Source: an uncultured Pseudomonadota bacterium (GTDB lineage Bacteria; Pseudomonadota; Alphaproteobacteria; Rs-D84). From it: a stretch of 59,860 bases of DNA. Position 1 is the stretch's first letter, and the number at the start of each line of letters is the position of its first letter. Shown here one piece after another: positions 58,170-59,860 of the stretch. The notes under the pieces were generated by a model. It was not told the origin of the DNA and did not search any database. It was given only the letters and a program-made list of their open reading frames with translations. A program made the translations under genes and the position numbers. The stretch is from the NCBI GenBank assembly GCA_902787305.1, contig CADAFS010000009.1, forward strand, positions 1 to 59,860. Direction: 5' to 3'.

Positions 58170-59420
58170 ATGAAAAGGGTTGTTATTACGGGTATGGGTA
58201 TTGTGTCGCCGGTCGGGTGCGGAATTGAACACGCGTGGAAAAATATAGTTGCGGGCCGTTCGGGCGTGCGGAAAATAGAAGATTTTGATGCGTCTGAATT
58301 ACCGTGTCAAATTGCGGGTGTGCCCGTGCGCGGGACCGATGCGGGAATGTTTAATCCGGATACGGTGGTTGAACCTCGCGAACAAAGAAAAATGGATAAA
58401 TGTATTTTGTATGCCGTGGTCGCCGCGGACGAAGCGGTGCGCGATGCGGGCCTGGATACATACACCGGTGATATGGACAGGGTCGGTGTTTCGGTCGGCA
58501 GTGGTATCGGCGGGTTGAACACGATTTATGAAAACTGTATTGAACTTGCGAACAATGGGCCGCGGCACATAAGTCCGTTCTTTATCCCAAAGTGCATTAT
58601 CAATATGGCGGCGGGACACATTTCTATTAAATATGGTCTGCGCGGGCCGAACGTTGCGATGGTGACGGCGTGTGCGACCGGTGCGCACAGTATTGGCGAA
58701 GGCGCGCGTCTGATTCAGCATGGCGATGCGGACATTATGGTCTGTGGCGGGTCCGAAGGTGCGGTCGGTAAAATTGGTGTTGCGGGATTTTCTGCGATGA
58801 AGGCGTTAAGTACGCGCAATGATGACCCGGCGCACGCGTCGCGCCCGTGGGACCGCGACAGGGACGGCTTTGTTATGTCCGAAGGCGCGGGTATCTTGGT
58901 ACTCGAAGAATACGAACACGCGGTCGCGCGTGGGGCAAAAATTTATGCCGAGGTTGCCGGCTATGGTCTGTCGGGCGATGCGTATCATATAACCGCCCCG
59001 GCGACGGGGGGCGAAGGTGGCGCGCGTGCGATGATGGCGGCGCTGCGTGACGCGGGGCTGAAACCGGCGGATGTTGACTATATCAATGCGCACGGAACAT
59101 CGACGGGGCTGGGCGATGTCGGTGAATTGTTGGCGGTAAAGAAAATGTTCGCGGGAACGAACGCGTGTATGTCGTCAACGAAATCTATGACCGGGCATTT
59201 GTTGGGGGCCGCCGGCGCGGTAGAGGCGATATTTTGTACACTGGCCATACGTGATGGAATTGTGCCGGCAACAGTCAATTTGGAAAACCCGATTGAAGAA
59301 GTTGGCGATTTCGACCTGGTGCCAAAGGTCGCAAAAAAACGCGATGTCAATGTCGCACTGTCCAATTCGTTTGGATTCGGCGGCACAAACGCATCGTTGG
59401 TGTTGAAGAAGGTGGGTTAG
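58170..59420 (+). CDS. fabF: 3-oxoacyl-ACP synthase II
   Basis: RVVITGMG, TACATG, NAHGTST, GHLLGAAG, SNSFGFGGTN. Confidence 0.96.
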   Translation: MKRVVITGMGIVSPVGCGIEHAWKNIVAGRSGVRKIEDFDASELPCQIAGVPVRGTDAGMFNPDTVVEPREQRKMDKCILYAVVAADEAVRDAGLDTYTGDMDRVGVSVGSGIGGLNTIYENCIELANNGPRHISPFFIPKCIINMAAGHISIKYGLRGPNVAMVTACATGAHSIGEGARLIQHGDADIMVCGGSEGAVGKIGVAGFSAMKALSTRNDDPAHASRPWDRDRDGFVMSEGAGILVLEEYEHAVARGAKIYAEVAGYGLSGDAYHITAPATGGEGGARAMMAALRDAGLKPADVDYINAHGTSTGLGDVGELLAVKKMFAGTNACMSSTKSMTGHLLGAAGAVEAIFCTLAIRDGIVPATVNLENPIEEVGDFDLVPKVAKKRDVNVALSNSFGFGGTNASLVLKKVG

Positions 59421-59423
59421 TGG

Positions 59424-59522
59424 ATATCCGTCTCCGTCCGGCACCGCTGTGCGGTGCCGTGACTACGCCGAGACTGCGCCAGGGCTTTTGCCCTGGCTTG
59501 GTGTTAGTTGTTAGTGTTAGTG
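59424..59522 (+). repeat. Palindromic repeat plus TTAGTG array after fabF
   Basis: Matches 6585-6640; followed by gtgttagttgttagtgttagtg. Confidence 0.75.
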
Positions 59523-59564
59523 AAACGGCGCGGATGCGCCGGTTTTGTTATTTTGCGAACGTCA

Positions 59565-59737
59565 AAAATGCACGATTTTTGGGGTGTTTTTTTGGGGCGG
59601 TATTTTACGCAAACCCGCGGAATTCGTGGGTTTTTGGTGGTAAAAAGTGTTGAAAAAAAACCAAGGTTTTTAGTCAACACTTTTTTTCAAAAAATCAAAA
59701 TTTTTATTTCCTGTAAAATCAATGACTTACGAATTTC
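59565..59737 (+). repeat. ~175-bp intergenic repeat, copy 2
   Basis: Reverse complement of 17-190. Confidence 0.92.
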
Positions 59738-59826
59738 GGTTTTTTAACCAAAAGTGTATAAAAAAAACCTTGGTTTTTGTTACACTTTTAAAAGTAATAA
59801 AACAAGCAGGAAAAGGAGAGTAAATC

Positions 59827-59860
59827 ATGCGAATCGGATTTAGTCATTATAACGCGGAGA
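59827..59860 (+). CDS. Partial CDS (MRIGFSHYNAE...) truncated by the window end
   Basis: AAGGAG RBS upstream of the ATG. Confidence 0.4.
   Translation, partial: MRIGFSHYNAE

Overview
A 59.9-kb chromosomal segment of an alphaproteobacterium, judged from gatC/gatA/gatB beside ruvX, the ftsE-ftsX-ydcF-plsC order, and DUF4167 and zinc-ribbon/DUF3426 genes. By inference it belongs to a reduced-genome, host-associated lineage (Rs-D84/Enterousia-like). Housekeeping genes are rluD, mltG, tolB, miaB, gatCAB, sufBC, ftsEX, plsC, clpB, rpmB, rbfA, lepA, acpP and fabF, plus four tRNAs (Pro-CGG, Lys-CTT, Phe-GAA, Leu-CAA). They are interleaved with many surface-protein genes: a dispersed type IVb pilus system (three tandem PilV-like minor pilins, a PilN/BfpB-like secretin, a TcpQ-domain protein), a VirB2-like pilin, beta-barrels, autotransporters, and four secreted anchor-less fibre-like proteins. 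Three of the fibre genes share a 5' leader motif; three of them and tcpQ have GANTC sites in or upstream of their promoters. Intergenic DNA is dense with small palindromic repeat families. Two of these bracket a candidate cognate gene: a GIY-YIG nuclease with structured inverted repeats, and an Avd-like four-helix-bundle gene with inverted TTAGTG(G) arrays. Other oddities are tRNA-3'-end duplication elements, a C4-antisense-like leader, a catalytically dead but intact integrase, an N-domain-less ClpB, and a ~175-bp inverted repeat at the two window ends. No CRISPR array, rRNA or intact prophage was seen. All calls come from reading the sequence; no database searches were run.
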